A stretch of DNA of 63,240 nucleotides, filler included, from Octopus bimaculoides (GCF_001194135.2; 4 parts of 4 records of this genome joined end to end with filler, not necessarily neighbours in it); one strand, 5' to 3'. Counted from the first letter of the whole stretch, positions 11,469 through 24,255 are shown. The notes: generated by a model not told the origin, from the sequence alone. A program made the numbers and translations.

Positions 11469-11672
11469 TTTGAATAACACCTGCATTTAACTCCATTTAT
11501 TTATTTATCTACATTATACAAAACGTACAAATTAACCCGGAGTTTCTACCCTTTAAATAGGTTGTTACATCCTTGTTACTTGTGTGAATTTTTGCTACTA
11601 TGGTAACTGTTTATTTATTTTTTCTGTGTCATTTGTAAACACTGAAAAAACACACATACATATGTATGTGTG

Positions 11673-12247
11673 TATTCATTTAAAATACAGAGATGCCTAT
11701 AATAGGACATCTAACTCGCTAGAAAGAGCAGCAAAAAACTCTATACCACAAAAATAGGGATAATTTCGAAAGAGAATGAAAAATAAAAACTTTTACCAGT
11801 CTATACTCTGTACCATGGTTTCAAGTTATTTAGCAAGATAAAAAATATATCTTGCTCGGCAACTATCTTCAGCAGAGTATCGGGACAATATATTTTTTGG
11901 CTAATTTCTGAAAGAAAATCGGCATTTGTTTTATATTTACTGCCGATAAGTTAAACCGCACATGCGTGGTAAATTTTGAAAAATTAAGCATGTAAGCACA
12001 AGTCGTGTTTTCCTATGACTCGTGTTTACACGCTGTCCCGGTACTCTGCTGAAGATAGTTGCCAAGCAAGATATATTTTTATCTTGCTAAATAACTTGAA
12101 ACCATGGTACAGAGTATAGACTGGTAAAAGTTTTTATTTTTCATTCTCTTTCGAAATTATCCCTATTTTTGTGGTATAGAGTTTTTTGATGCTCTTTCTA
12201 GCGGGTTAGATGTCCTATTATAGGCATCTCTGTATTTTAAATGAATA
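11673..12247. repeat. Foldback element / long inverted repeat, ~215 bp arms and 146 bp spacer
   Basis: 11673-11887 against the reverse complement of 12034-12247 shows four substitutions and one 1-nt indel. TA lies at both ends. Confidence 0.92.
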
Positions 12248-12351
12248 ATATATATATAGTCTATTGACTAATTTTTATTCTCGCTGGACCACTGGTGGTA
12301 AATTAAATTTCTAAAATTTTTTTTTGCTGCCCTATGATTTATTAATAATAT

Positions 12352-12383
<32 letters not shown>

Positions 12384-12384
12384 T

Positions 12385-12453
12385 AGCCTCAAGCCAGCCA
12401 AAGCCTTCGGAGTGGATTCTGTACATGAAAACTGAAAGAAGACTGTCGTATAT

Positions 12454-12488
<35 letters not shown>

Positions 12489-12700
12489 TGCCCACACGTG
12501 CTCGTGTTTGTTTGTACCCCCACCATTGCTTGACAACCAATGTTGCTGTGTTTACGCTCCCATAACGTAGCGGTTCGGCAAAAGACACTGATCGAATAAG
12601 TACTAGACTTACAAAGAATAAATCTTGTGGTCAATTTGTTCACCCAATGACAGTGCTCTGGCATGGCCACAGTTACATGACTGAAACAAGTAAAACAATA
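12385..12700 (+). mobile_element. tRNA-derived SINE family A (5'-truncated)
   Basis: ccaaagcctt..gagtggatt..gaaaactgaaagaag, then (TG)n, then the 3' body. Confidence 0.8.
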
Positions 12701-12714
12701 AAAAAATGACGCCA

Positions 12715-12753
12715 TTTTAATCCTGAGCAAGCCCAGGTACCTATCTCTGCTAG
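12715..12753 (+). mobile_element. Helitron 3' terminus fragment
   Basis: Degenerate hairpin cctgagcaagcccagg followed by ..ctctgCTAG|t. Confidence 0.55.
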
Positions 12754-13447
12754 TATAAGCTAAAATAAAATATAGGTTTCTTTAAAAAAAAAAGATATTT
12801 GGACTCAAATTCAATTTCAGGCATTACTCTCCCATTTTGACCGCATGTATTTTACTGAAACGTTTTTTCTACTGAACCTATTTTCAAATTTTGTAGCTGA
12901 AAATGTAGCTTAGGGTGCAACCAATCTAAAAATGAAATCGTCATCTAATTTGGTTAAAAACTGAGTTAGTGACAAAGCCTAGAAGTGGTCGCGAGTGAGT
13001 AAATGTTGACCTTAAGAATATTATTCAAACACTGCTCTGTGTGAATATTTATCACAATATAGTGTATTCTATAAATATGAGGTAGACCTCTGCAAGATAC
13101 CTAAATACTGAACTGAATCAAATATTTTGCAATGTTAGTTCCCTCAAATCTGGAGGGAAGGGAAGTTGATTATACTGCCCTCAGTGCTCAACCAATACTC
13201 ATCAAGTACCGAAAAGAAGATTTAACATCCATTTTCCATGCCGACATCATTTAGATGGTTTGACAGGATTGTAGAGAACTCAGCTTTGACATGTTTTCTA
13301 CAGCTAGATGCCCTACACAAACATACACATGTATGCATATACAATGTGTGATTAGGACATTTGCTTTCCACATGGTTTCAGGTTCAGTCCCATAACATGG
13401 AACTTTGGGCAGCCCAGGACTGACCCAAGCCATGAGGAGAAACTAAA

Positions 13448-13503
<56 letters not shown>

Positions 13504-13824
13504 GTGAGTGTGTGTCTGTGCGTGCGTACGTATTATTGCTTTAATATCCACTTTTTATGATTGCATGAGTCACACAAGTTTAGTAGGACAAGTTTAGTAG
13601 GAACTGGATGCCCTCCCTTACTTGTTTCCAAGCAAGGTAATATTTTCCAATGGCCATAGATGCTTTCACAGAATACTGGAAATAATGTGTTAAGTTTTTT
13701 ACATGTTCTCTGCATTCACAGCCCACATTTCACTGCCATGCAATGCTGAAGGCAATATTTTCGTATTTAACACTAAGGGAAGTAACTCTGAAGAGTCATT
13801 GATAGTGTTCAGGTTTCACTCTCT

Positions 13825-14172
13825 TTACTTGTTTGTCATTTGACTGTGGCCATGCTGGAGCACCACCTTTAGTCGAGCAAATCGACCCCAGGACTTATTC
13901 TTTGGAAGCCTAGTACTTATTCTATCGGTCTCTTTTGCCGAACCGCTAAGTTACGAGGGCGTAAACACACCAGCATCGGTTGTCAAGCGATGTTGGGGGG
14001 ACAAACACAGACACACAAACATATATATATTCATATATACAACGGGCTTCTTTCAGTTTTCCGTCTACCAAATCCACTCACAAGGCTTTGGTCGGCCCGA
14101 GACTATAGTAGAAGACACTTGCCCAAGGTGCCACGCAGTGGGAATGAACCCAGAACCAAGTGGTTGGTAAGC
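13825..14172 (-). mobile_element. tRNA-derived SINE family A, near full length
   Basis: tRNA-like head (B-box ggttcattcc on the minus strand) plus the family body. Confidence 0.88.
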
Positions 14173-15731
14173 AGAAAGCTGAGTCAAATAGAGTAGTTAC
14201 AACTTGAGATCTCCAAGCAGTTTAACTGCACAAGTTTCCAATATATCCAAGTAGCTAAAAAGTGTCAGCAGAAGAGTACTCAGAAGTCATGACCTGGATG
14301 CAACCCCCCCCCCCCCAGTGTAAGAAGTTAAGAGCTGAAACACTTGCATGAGTGGGAGTGGTTCTTCTCTGAAAACCTTCAGCTCTTTTGACTGTTTCTT
14401 ACCACTGCTGTTCATACACTAGCACTATACAATCCACTTTCATTCTGAGTGAAAAAGACTGGAACTTGCTCCAACTGGTTCTTATTTTAACAACTATGCT
14501 TTCAGAGCATCCTCCTCAATAGCAAATTAGGCCACTTAGGTAACAGAAACTCTACTACTTCTAAGGATCTTTCTGGTTATTTGAGGAAATCTATTTCTAG
14601 AGTGTTTGGTGTTTGATGTTCTTGTGCATTTGCTAGACACAGACTACTTTTTCTGTTACTCTTCCTGTGATTCTAAGATCTGACATATGCGCCCATAGTT
14701 TCTACCTACATCTTTTCTGTATATCAAGCAGGGTCATTTACTTGAGGCTATCATAGATTCAGCTATAACGACAAGGCCATTGGCACAAAGGAGCTACAAT
14801 GGGCAACCAAACTTAAACTTCTGTTATGGCCTGGAAGACTGTGATAAATAAAAGGGAACTGAGAACAGACTCTGGAGAACTCCTACCGGCACACTAAATT
14901 CCTTGCTATACCCTCATCTTACTCCATTTATCATTGCACATTGAAAGTGCTGACCTAAGGGATGCAAACAAGTTTCAGTGATGCTCAAGTGCTGCCAATG
15001 TGAAGACATGGAGAGAAAATATTTTTACCCCAAAATATATATATATAGGTACAAAATATTTTTGTACCTAAATATATAGTAGCAAAAATAAGAACAGGGT
15101 AGTAAAAGTTCAGGGAGGTAGTACCACATCTAACAACAGAAGTATTCTCTCTTAGGTGATGAGCAGCTTGTATGTTTTTTGTTTGTTTTTTATGAACTAC
15201 AATGTTGCAGTGTAGAGTTAGATGAGAGCACTGTACATAGAATATGGACAGACTGAAGAGAAAGGAAAGAAGCATGCTCTAATAGATAAATAATATTAAT
15301 GTGCATGAGTAAAAAGGCACAGATGAGCTGAGAGAAAAACTGGGTACGAGAGGAAGTAGATGTAGCAAGCAAGAAAAATGTGAACTGACTAGAGCAGAAA
15401 TGTATATCCATTAGCTGTTTAGCCTTAGGTCAACTATGGTCCAATAGATCTATGATCAAAGTCATTACAGCTACAATATCACATTTTGTGTATACCCAAG
15501 ATTACACTGCCTGAGGTGTCTGTCTTTCTTTCTTTCTAAGATGGCAGGGAGTGATTTGAAAGATTTGACTCCTATTTCTACCAGGTTGAGCAACCATGCA
15601 ATGGTTGTCACATTGTTTAGGCCCAGAAGTCCTGAACCAGCACATCTATGAGTAAAGGCATTTCCACCATGGCAATTCAACCTTTATTCAGACACACTGT
15701 CTAATGCATCTTCCCTATTATTTAGCCTTAA

Positions 15732-16776
15732 CCCTTTCGTTACTATATTTCTGACCAAAATACACCCCTCATGAGTTTCAATTAAATTATAAAATAATCA
15801 TGAATTTAGACTAGTCTCATTAAACACCTGTAACTTTTTTATTTATCAACATATTAATATGATATTTGGAACATAATTAAAGAAAGGGTTCTTAATCAAT
15901 TCTATTGCATAATTTTTGTCTCAAAGTTCTCCACGTACTGGGGCACTGCTAGTGTCTCTCACATGTAAATATTGGTTCAGCTTCACGAATTGTACTCGTT
16001 CATAATACTGGAAATATATTCATCGCCAAAAGGTTCCTGATCGCTCCAGTAANNNNNNNNNNNNNNNNNNNNNNNNNNNNNNNNNNNNNNNNNNNNNNNN
16101 NNNNNNNNNNNNNNNNNNNNNNNNNNNNNNNNNNNNNNNNNNNNNNNNNNNNNNNNNNNNNNNNNNNNNNNNNNNNNNNNNNNNNNNNNNNNNNNNNNNN
16201 NNNNNNNNNNNNNNNNNNNNNNNNNNNNNNNNNNNNNNNNNNNNNNNNNNNNNNNNNNNNNNNNNNNNNNNNNNNNNNNNNNNNNNNNNNNNNNNNNNNN
16301 NNNNNNNNNNNNNNNNNNNNNNNNNNNNNNNNNNNNNNNNNNNNNNNNNNNNNNNNNNNNNNNNNNNNNNNNNNNNNNNNNNNNNNNNNNATTCATTATC
16401 GTTCACCACGTGCTTTTGTAGCTCATTCATTCTTTTCTTCGATATCTTATGTTGAAAAACCTTCAAATTCAGAATCACTGCTTGATAGCATGAAACTCCT
16501 CTCCATCTTCAAAGTTGAAAAAAATTAACGCCGCAAAAAATGTGGAAACAAATCTTCCAAAATTCACTGAGTTCAAATATCACGCCAAACAATGTCGGAT
16601 ACAATAACACAACTGTTTGCAAAGTGAAATCAGGTGTTTTAACGAATGTACTAACGAGATTTCGGTTCAAATATACATTTAAATAACAATGAATACTCTC
16701 GGCCGGCTACAGCCGGGCTGGTCTTATGAACCAAAAACTTTTTCGGCCAGCTACGGCCGGGTTAGTAACGAAAGGG
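15732..16776 (-). mobile_element. Internally deleted piggyBac transposon
   Basis: TTAA duplications at 15728-31 and 16777-80. 13-bp TIRs CCCTTTCGTTACT/AGTAACGAAAGGG. Transposase remnant YWSDQEPFGDEYISSIM. Palindromic subterminal repeats at ~16700 and ~16743. Confidence 0.9.
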
Positions 16777-18199
16777 TTAAGTCAATTTTCACCCAGTAGA
16801 CACATGATCAAAGATGTTCTAGCAATGACCATGTTTTTAAATATAGTGTATCTCACTCTAATGATTTAAAGAAAATTAAGTCAGGGAATTTCACCATAAA
16901 CACTTTTGCCATAGGAAAATTCAGTGATAATTTTAGATAAAAATTACAGTAAAAAGTTCACTGCAGTTAAAAAATACAGTAAAAAAAAAACATATTGGAA
17001 ATGTAAAAATAAAGAGTGTAAAACATTAATGTAAGGCTTCAGAAACAAATGCATTGATACAATCCACAGCAAAAAGTACATTATCTGTGCAGCATTGCTA
17101 GGAATTTTCATTCTGGGATGTTCTCACAGGTCCCAGGGTATTATAAGGGGACTTAAGCACATAGGCTTCAGTTAACATCAAAGAAGTTGAACCAGTGTAC
17201 TGAGTTACCACGTTGAGCTAAGCTAAGCAAATTAATTGATTTTATTTTCTTCAGCCTGTGTAACTTCGTTGCTGCCTCTAAGTATGTAACTGCATTAAAA
17301 TTTCCTTCAGTTTCTACAGCCTCCCCTACCCCCACCCAATTTCTCAGTCTAAACTATTTCTTAAGGATAGTAATTAATATTACCTCTCCCTCTTTCTCTT
17401 TGTCTATTTCTTTCTGTGATATTATGGATGTGTCTATAGCAATCTATCTATTTATCTCTCTCTCTTACTGCTTGTATATGTTCATGAGCATGTGCATAAG
17501 AGAATGATTGAATCAATCAAACGATCAATGGATGGGTGGATAGATAGATATTGCAGACGACAATATTACAATCTGTGAATTGTTATATAAATGCATGTTT
17601 ATATGGATACATGTACGCATATAAGTATCCTCTGGGCTCCAAATGCACGTTTTTACATGCATATGCATTATTCATGTTAATGCTATGATGATGATAATTT
17701 AGAAGTAGATATCATTATTGTGTGCTCAGCTCCTGCACTGCCAAAAACTAATTGCTGCTTCAATAATAATGAAAATTACCTTTCCCCTCCCCTTCCTCAA
17801 CCTATCAATCCCCCCAGTAGCAGTTGCGTACTTATGAAAGTTTTACAGGACTGAAGGAAATTGAAATTATAATTCATTTTACAACCAGTACCTGCTTACA
17901 CTAAGCTCAAGGACTTGTTTCTTCCAGACAAGCAACTGCAAAGTTCTTTCCAGATGCAGAAAACATACCCCACCTCAATTACCCTCCCAGGTCTATAAGC
18001 TCATAGATGTGTGCTGTGTGCAAGAGGTACGATGGAGGGGAGCCTCAGCTAGACTGCTTATGGACAAGGAACATAGATACAAATTTTTCTTCACAGTAGC
18101 TCTTCCATGCCTCTTTCTTTTCGGAATCAGTAAGTGCAAGCCTACCATTATCCATTCATATACACTTCTCTCCCACAACATCTCAATTCTGGATAGCAA

Positions 18200-19990
18200 C
18201 TTCAGACTTAGAGGTTGAAGGATCTAGAGACACAAACCAGTATGGAAAAGGAAGTTATGGAAGCTCAAGAATCCTTCAAATGGGCAAAGATTTAGAAATG
18301 TTTTTAATGAAGCCTTGGTAACAAAGAACCATATCAGATAGCTAAAAGGAAAGCTCAGCATCAGGTCTATGTAGAATTAGGGTAGAAGTAGAAAGGAAGA
18401 GGTTTGCCAATGTCTTACAGCATGAAGGTCAGAGACTGGAGGTGTTCCAGATTACTAAACAGTGTATCAGTGAGAATTGAGATGTTGTGGGAGAGAAGTG
18501 TATATGAATGGATAATGGTAGGCTTGCACTTACTGATTCCGAAAAGAAAGAGGCATGGAAGAACTACTGTGAAAGGCTATTAAATGTGGAGGATGAAAGG
18601 GGAAAAGGAAGTCTTTTTCCATGTAAATTCAACAGAGAGACCAGCTATCCTAGTTGACAACAGTATGACATATAAGGCAATTAAAGATATAAAGTCAAGT
18701 GAAAGCCCTTGATCCATCGAGAGTTACTGCTGAGATGCTTAAGCTATCTGGTAGAGTAGGATACAGGCTAGTCCTAGAGTTAATAAAGTTATTCAGGAAG
18801 TCATAATCCCCAGTCAGCTGTTACAAGGGTAAGGGAGATGCCTTAGAAAGAAGTAATCATAGAGGCATCAAATTGCTGGACCAGGTGGTGAAAGTTACGG
18901 AGAGAGTTATAACAAAATTAATCACGAACAGAATTGGTGAACACCTACCTGTGCACTAAATTCATCACTACTCATAACTGAGTGAGGTACTCTGTTGAAG
19001 GCTTATTCTTAGCTATGTTGCAGTTGCCTGCTTATGAAAGTAGCATCAATAGTGCTTCTCAGTACAAAGCTAAACTGTATTTCATCTAACCCAATTCATC
19101 ATTATCTTCTAAGCCATAACAGAGGAATTTAAGACTGGAAGTCCATGGGAACTATTATATGTTGATAATTTTGCTCTCATAAAATCTGTAACAGAACTAG
19201 TAAAGAAATTCTATATGTAGATGAAAACCTGGAATCTAAAGGCTTTAAGGTTAACTTAGCAAGAAGATGGACAGAACCCTACCCAGTTCAGGTAAATGGC
19301 CCTGCTCAATATGCAGGAAAGGCGTAGGCAGGAATTCCATTCAGTGCAAGCTATGGAAACATAAGAGGTGCACTGGGATACTAGGAAGGTTAACAGAGAA
19401 AGTAGTGTTTGTATGTGGAAGATGCACAGGTGGCATAAAGTCTACAGATACACAGGAAATTGATTTCCTCAAATGCCCCAGAGGTTTTCTTGAATTTGTA
19501 GATAATTTCTGCTTCCTATGTGACCTAATTAGCAGTGGAGGAGGATGTACCAAAAGTTTAATTAATAGAATAAGAATAGCATGGAGAGAGCTTTTACCTG
19601 ATGTAAGAGAGCTTTTACCTGATGTGAGAGAGCTTTTACCTCAAGTGAGAAGATTGTATGATGCTTGTCTATGAACACCAATGCTACATGATAATGAGAT
19701 GTGGGCCCTGAATGCAGAAGACATGCAAAGACTAGAGAGCAATGTACATTGTGACCGAGCACTAATGCATAGAGAGAGAAGTTACGCATCCGAGGAATTA
19801 GATGTAGTGTGCAAGTGAGACGAATGTGCTGGTTTGGTCATGTGATGCATACACTTGTGGACAGTTGCTTAAGTGCTGATCTCTTAAAGTGGATGGAACT
19901 TGTAGAAAAGAGAGACCCAGGAAGACAGCACTGTAAGCCAATCTCAAAATATGTCTTACAAAGGAGATGACAAAGGACCAAAATATCTTA
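18200..19990 (+). mobile_element. Degenerate RTE-clade LINE
   Basis: DSEKKEAWKNYCERLLNVE; YKGKGDALERSNHRGIKLLDQVVKVTERVI; a Cys/His finger; DNFCFLCDLISSGGGC..RIRIAW. Many stops and deletions. A 21-bp triplication lies at ~19585-19645. Confidence 0.88.
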
Positions 19991-20599
19991 CACCTTGCTG
20001 TACTAAAGAAGATCTATTCACCACAGAAGAATTGATATTCTAAAACCACCTTGGAAATACTTATCTCCATTCTCTCTGCTTTGATAACCTTCTCCTACAA
20101 TATTTCATCCCCTAACACTCATCACTTCCGCTATCACTTGAGAGCAGAACAGGCACATACAATATCTAACTTCCTTAGTCACCTTTCTTCCCCCACCAGG
20201 AACCTCCTTTTTGCATCTTCCCTCTCCTCTCTGTGCTGCTCTCCATCATCAACACCTCGTTTACCTGCTATCACCCTTAATGCCCTCACATACTGCAACA
20301 CCTACCCCCAAGCCTCTCCTATGTTTCTCTCCATTCTTTGCTAGTCAACTCATCCTGCCCAGCGCAAGCTTCTATATCACCTACCCTATTCTCACCACCC
20401 TTAATGTACCTTGAGGACATGTCCTGACACATTTTTGTCATCATCTCTCTCATTATTGTTCATTTTGCCTTACTCTCTAACTCTCATTCCCTTGTTTTCC
20501 AACTGGTGTATCCATGTATCTACTCTACAGTGGGACACCTATATTTGTCCCTTCTATACTTTAAATACCCCAACTAGGGGTTTTTGTTTTGTAAGGTAC

Positions 20600-20810
20600 T
20601 TAGTGACCCCCTTCGTGCTGGTGCCACATAAAAACAACCCTGTAAAGTGGTTGGCGTTAGGAAGGGCATCCACCTGTAGAAACCATCCCAAAACAGACAA
20701 TGGAACCTGCAGTTCCCGGCCTTGCCAGCTCCTGTCAAATCAACCAACCCATGCCATCATGGAAAACAAATGTTAAATGATGATGATGATGATGATGATG
20801 ATGATGGTGG
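20600..20810 (+). mobile_element. RTE-type 3' UTR / SINE tail with (GAT)n
   Basis: gttaggaagggcatccacctgtagaaac...ccaacccatgcc..(gat)n. Confidence 0.75.
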
Positions 20811-21064
20811 TGATGAAGAAGAATTAGTGTAAAATAGCTGCCCACATTATAAACTAATTTCATCGATAACTGAGAAAGCCTATGGTCAAAGTTATTCATG
20901 TCGTAACCATATCTCTTCTTCAAGTAGTGAACATCCAGGACTACCCCATACAATGTAGTTTTTCTCTTTCAAAACAGTCTGTTTTAAGGGAAACCTAGTT
21001 GTTATTTCAAGCAAGTCAATATCACTATCCTGTTACAAATGTTATAAAACTGAAATCTACTCAC

Positions 21065-21197
21065 GAAGGCCAGTAAAGCATCTTTGTATTAATCTGTTCC
21101 ATAGCTTTTTCAAAATTGTTATCCAATTGAATCTTCTCCCACATTCTCTGTGGAAAGGCTGCACGTTCTATTTCTTTCATATAAAGATAACACACAC
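21065..21197 (-). CDS. MAK16: Next internal coding exon of MAK16, on the opposite strand to the preceding exon
   Basis: Minus-strand acceptor ttttattttcag|, donor |gtgagt. 133 nt (2+43 codons+2) translating to (G)VCYLYMKEIERAAFPQRMWEKIQLDNNFEKAMEQINTKMLYWP(S), matching MAK16 GxCYLYMKxIERAAFPxxxWE...YWP. Its initial GT completes the terminal G of the 1285-1394 exon (GGT, Gly). Confidence 0.93.
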
Positions 21198-21921
21198 CTG
21201 AAAATAAAAATATGTTTATATAAATATGCACATATGTACATCTCTCTCTGTCTCTCTCACATATAGAACAATGGGATGCATCTAGTACTGTCATTAGCTA
21301 GTCCATGTGGTAACCAAGATGCAGCTTGTTGTGAGTATTCCCTGCCAATACACACCCTCTCTCTCCAGTTCCTGCTGGTGCATATGGATGCTTTGCAGCT
21401 CAAAGTTTAGGCAGTTAACTCCGTAATCCAGTGATAGTGTGCAAGTTCATTGCCTTACAAGTGAGTTTAGGACGACAAGGCTAGTGCAATATACCCTGGG
21501 GAATAAAATAAGCTGTGGCAATCAACTAGGACCTGCTGCAACCGGGAGATACCAAATGTGGTTGGTCTCCTTTACCTCTGCACATTCTTCTTCATAGTGA
21601 AAATAGTGATGTTAGGAAATGTAGATCCCAACAGATCCAATAAACTTCACTGCACATGTGTCTCCTCCAGCAAATGTTATTGACAACTGTGACTGAGTGT
21701 CCCAAACAGACATTTATGTAACTGAGCAGCCCAAAACAAGGATACATGATTCGCACCAGGTTTAAAAAGGGTAATTTAAAAACTGTTCGCTAAGCTCAGT
21801 TCTTATGCTTATCAAGATATTCCACAAGATGATCATAAAAATAAAATATAGTACTTGTCACATAATTTGATGTTGGCATAGCTTCTTGAAGAGCTATGGT
21901 GAAGAACTGTCAGCTATTTAA

Positions 21922-23066
21922 CACTTTAGTGTTCAAACCGGCCGTATCCGAAAGCTCTACGAAATCGCTAAAAAAATAAACAAATCACGTTATTGAATTC
22001 TCGTAGCTTTGAGATAATGCGAGATGAAGCCTTTCTCGCCTTTATTCAAGTATAAATACTGTGAAATTTTTTAGACCACATGGTTTTTTCAACGTTTGAA
22101 GAGAAGTGTTTATCTTGGTTGTGAAAGAAATGGCGTCAGCAAGTAGCGATTCCGATTTTGAAGGATTTACAATTGATGATATTGAAAATATTAATGAAAA
22201 CAAAAGTATTTTGTGTTCGGATGAATCTGATATCAATATCAGTGATTTTTCGTCGGACAAGGAAGAGTTTAATAACGAAAGTGAAGAAAATGAAAGTGAT
22301 GAAAATGATAGCGTAAACATGGCAACATGATCAAAAATCACAACACTGACCACTATTTCTGATTTTACAGAAAACACTGGCCCACAACATAATTTACCTC
22401 CTGGTGCTCAACCATTAGACTTTTTTTTTTTTTTTTTTCTACCTGAAAGTTTCTTTGAAAATGTTGCGGAGGAAACTAACAAATATGCGCAACATTTAAT
22501 TACTGTTCGTGAAAGGAACGATCCACTATGGCAGCCAACAACTACTGCGGAAATGAGAGCATTTTTCACAATCAACATTATGTTTGGTGTGAAAGAGCTT
22601 CCTCGACTGTGGAACTATTAAAGTCCCGATGTAAGGTATGGTGATCCATATATTTCGAGTATAATGTCCAAGACAAGGTATTCGAAAATATCTCAGTATT
22701 TGCATTTGACTGATTCTGAAAATGCCCCCAACAAAAACGACCCAAACTACGATCCCTTGTACAAAGTACGTCCTGTAATTAATTTACTTGTAAATAATTA
22801 TAGAACTGTGTATCTACCTGGGAAAAATCTGTGTAGATGAAGCCATGATAGGCTATAAGGGCAGAGTACATTTTCGGCAACTAAATGGGGGATCAAGGTA
22901 TGGGAAGTTTGTGAATCGCAGACAGGATACTGTGTAAACTTCAATGTTTACACCGGTAAAAAATATAATCGAAACAGACCGCATGGATTGGGACATAATA
23001 TAGTGTGGTCCCTTACTGAACCATTTCACCATCAGCACCGACACCTCTATTTCAACCATTTTTTTT
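21922..23066 (+). mobile_element. piggyBac transposon, 5' half with pseudogenised transposase
   Basis: ttaa|cactttagtg start. Acidic N-terminus MASASSDSDFEGF..., EETNKYA..TTAEMRAF..YLHLTD..YDPLYKVRPVI..VDEAMIGYKGR..NFNVYTGK. Contains stops and frameshifts and is 3'-truncated. Confidence 0.92.
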
Positions 23067-24162
23067 TAGAATCGAACTCACTACCTCATAATTGTGAGCC
23101 CAATTCTCTAACTACTGAGCCCTGTGCCTTCACCATATTTATACTACAGTAGCAAAAACTGTTTAATTAGAATAATGTAACTTTTAGAAAATCCTTATTT
23201 TTATCAAAATGTGGTCTTTAAGCCTTTTTCAACTATATGATTAATTTTAGCAGCAAGTGTTTTGGAAAACTTAACTGCCTCTCTCTCTTTCTGTCTCTTC
23301 TTGGTTTACATCTCCAGTAGTTGATTTCTTCGCTATAACCTCCACTATTTTACGTTTTTGTAGGTCATATATATGATGAATAGAAATAAAAGGAAATAGC
23401 ATTTCTCATCTTCGTAAATCTGTAGTTATGTGCTAATTTAATTAGGTATCACTATAAAGTGCTGTTTAATGGAGACAAGCACAGTTTGAACATGAAGAAA
23501 CACATTTTGCGCTTTATCGTTTTCATGACAAATAAATTTTTACCATGAAAAATTATATATCATTTGAAAGCTTTGGATGTGAACTTTCTTTTCATATAGT
23601 TTTCATTAAAACCTGACAGTTACACATCATATCAAGGTCCCTTCAACACCCTGGTATTTTCACATATTTTCAAAGGTTGTCCTGGAATTTATTTCCTTTA
23701 TCTGCTGAAAACTTTGCCAGATAAGATTGGAGCCTGGTACAGCCTTCTGGCTTTCCAGTCCTTGGTCAAACCATCCAACCTATGCCAGCATGGAAAGTGG
23801 ACATTAAACGATGATGATGCTGAATGGTAGCCCTCATTCTAGTTCAATGCACCCAAGCACCATAACTCAAGTTGTGTTAAAAATCATATATGCATGTAGC
23901 TTTATAAAACTTGATGGGAATAGGTCAGATAATCATTATGAAATATAAAAGTGAAAATTTTATTGCTAATTTTCACTTAGAAAAGAACATAATTTCTTCA
24001 AGATTTTTATACCATTAGAAAGAAAAATTTCTTGCTAAATCATCGTGGTCACTGCCGATTCTGGCCATAGTATGCCAAAAAAACACAAAGTGAAAAAGAG
24101 GGTGCTATACTGATACTTTGTATACAATTAACACATACTGACACTACTTGCTAAACTGATAG

Positions 24163-24255
24163 GTTCCCACTTGATGAGAGGTCATACAGAAGATGAATTC
24201 AAGGTTTCAAATATCAATTTTGATCCAGAATTTCAAGAAATAGACAAATTAATTG
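24163..24255 (+). CDS. Candidate 93-nt internal exon of an unidentified gene
   Basis: Branch-like tactgac, acceptor gatag|, strong donor G|gtaagt. Open phase 1-1 frame SHLMRGHTEDEFKVSNINFDPEFQEIDKLI in non-repetitive DNA. Weak pyrimidine tract and no recognised homolog. Confidence 0.35.

Larger units (their letters stand above)
9340..11630 (+). mobile_element. Penelope-like element copy 4 (endonuclease end, 3' UTR, hammerhead), split by a Helitron
   Basis: IGSSSSQLSKRISNHYSTF..TGLSKLIWYLK..CSLC..YIL stops at 9670 and resumes at 11005 as FSKTPLVNMFIERVYHCKHRQKHNFSSYK*. The post-hammerhead flank is homologous to that of copy 2. Confidence 0.85.

Noticed and set aside
14340-14830. Possible CR1/L2-type LINE remnant
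   Set aside because: Too degenerate to recover a diagnostic motif, so not listed as a feature.
15047-15072. Small palindrome taggtacaaaa..ttttgtaccta
   Set aside because: Short, AT-rich and single; not distinguishable from background.
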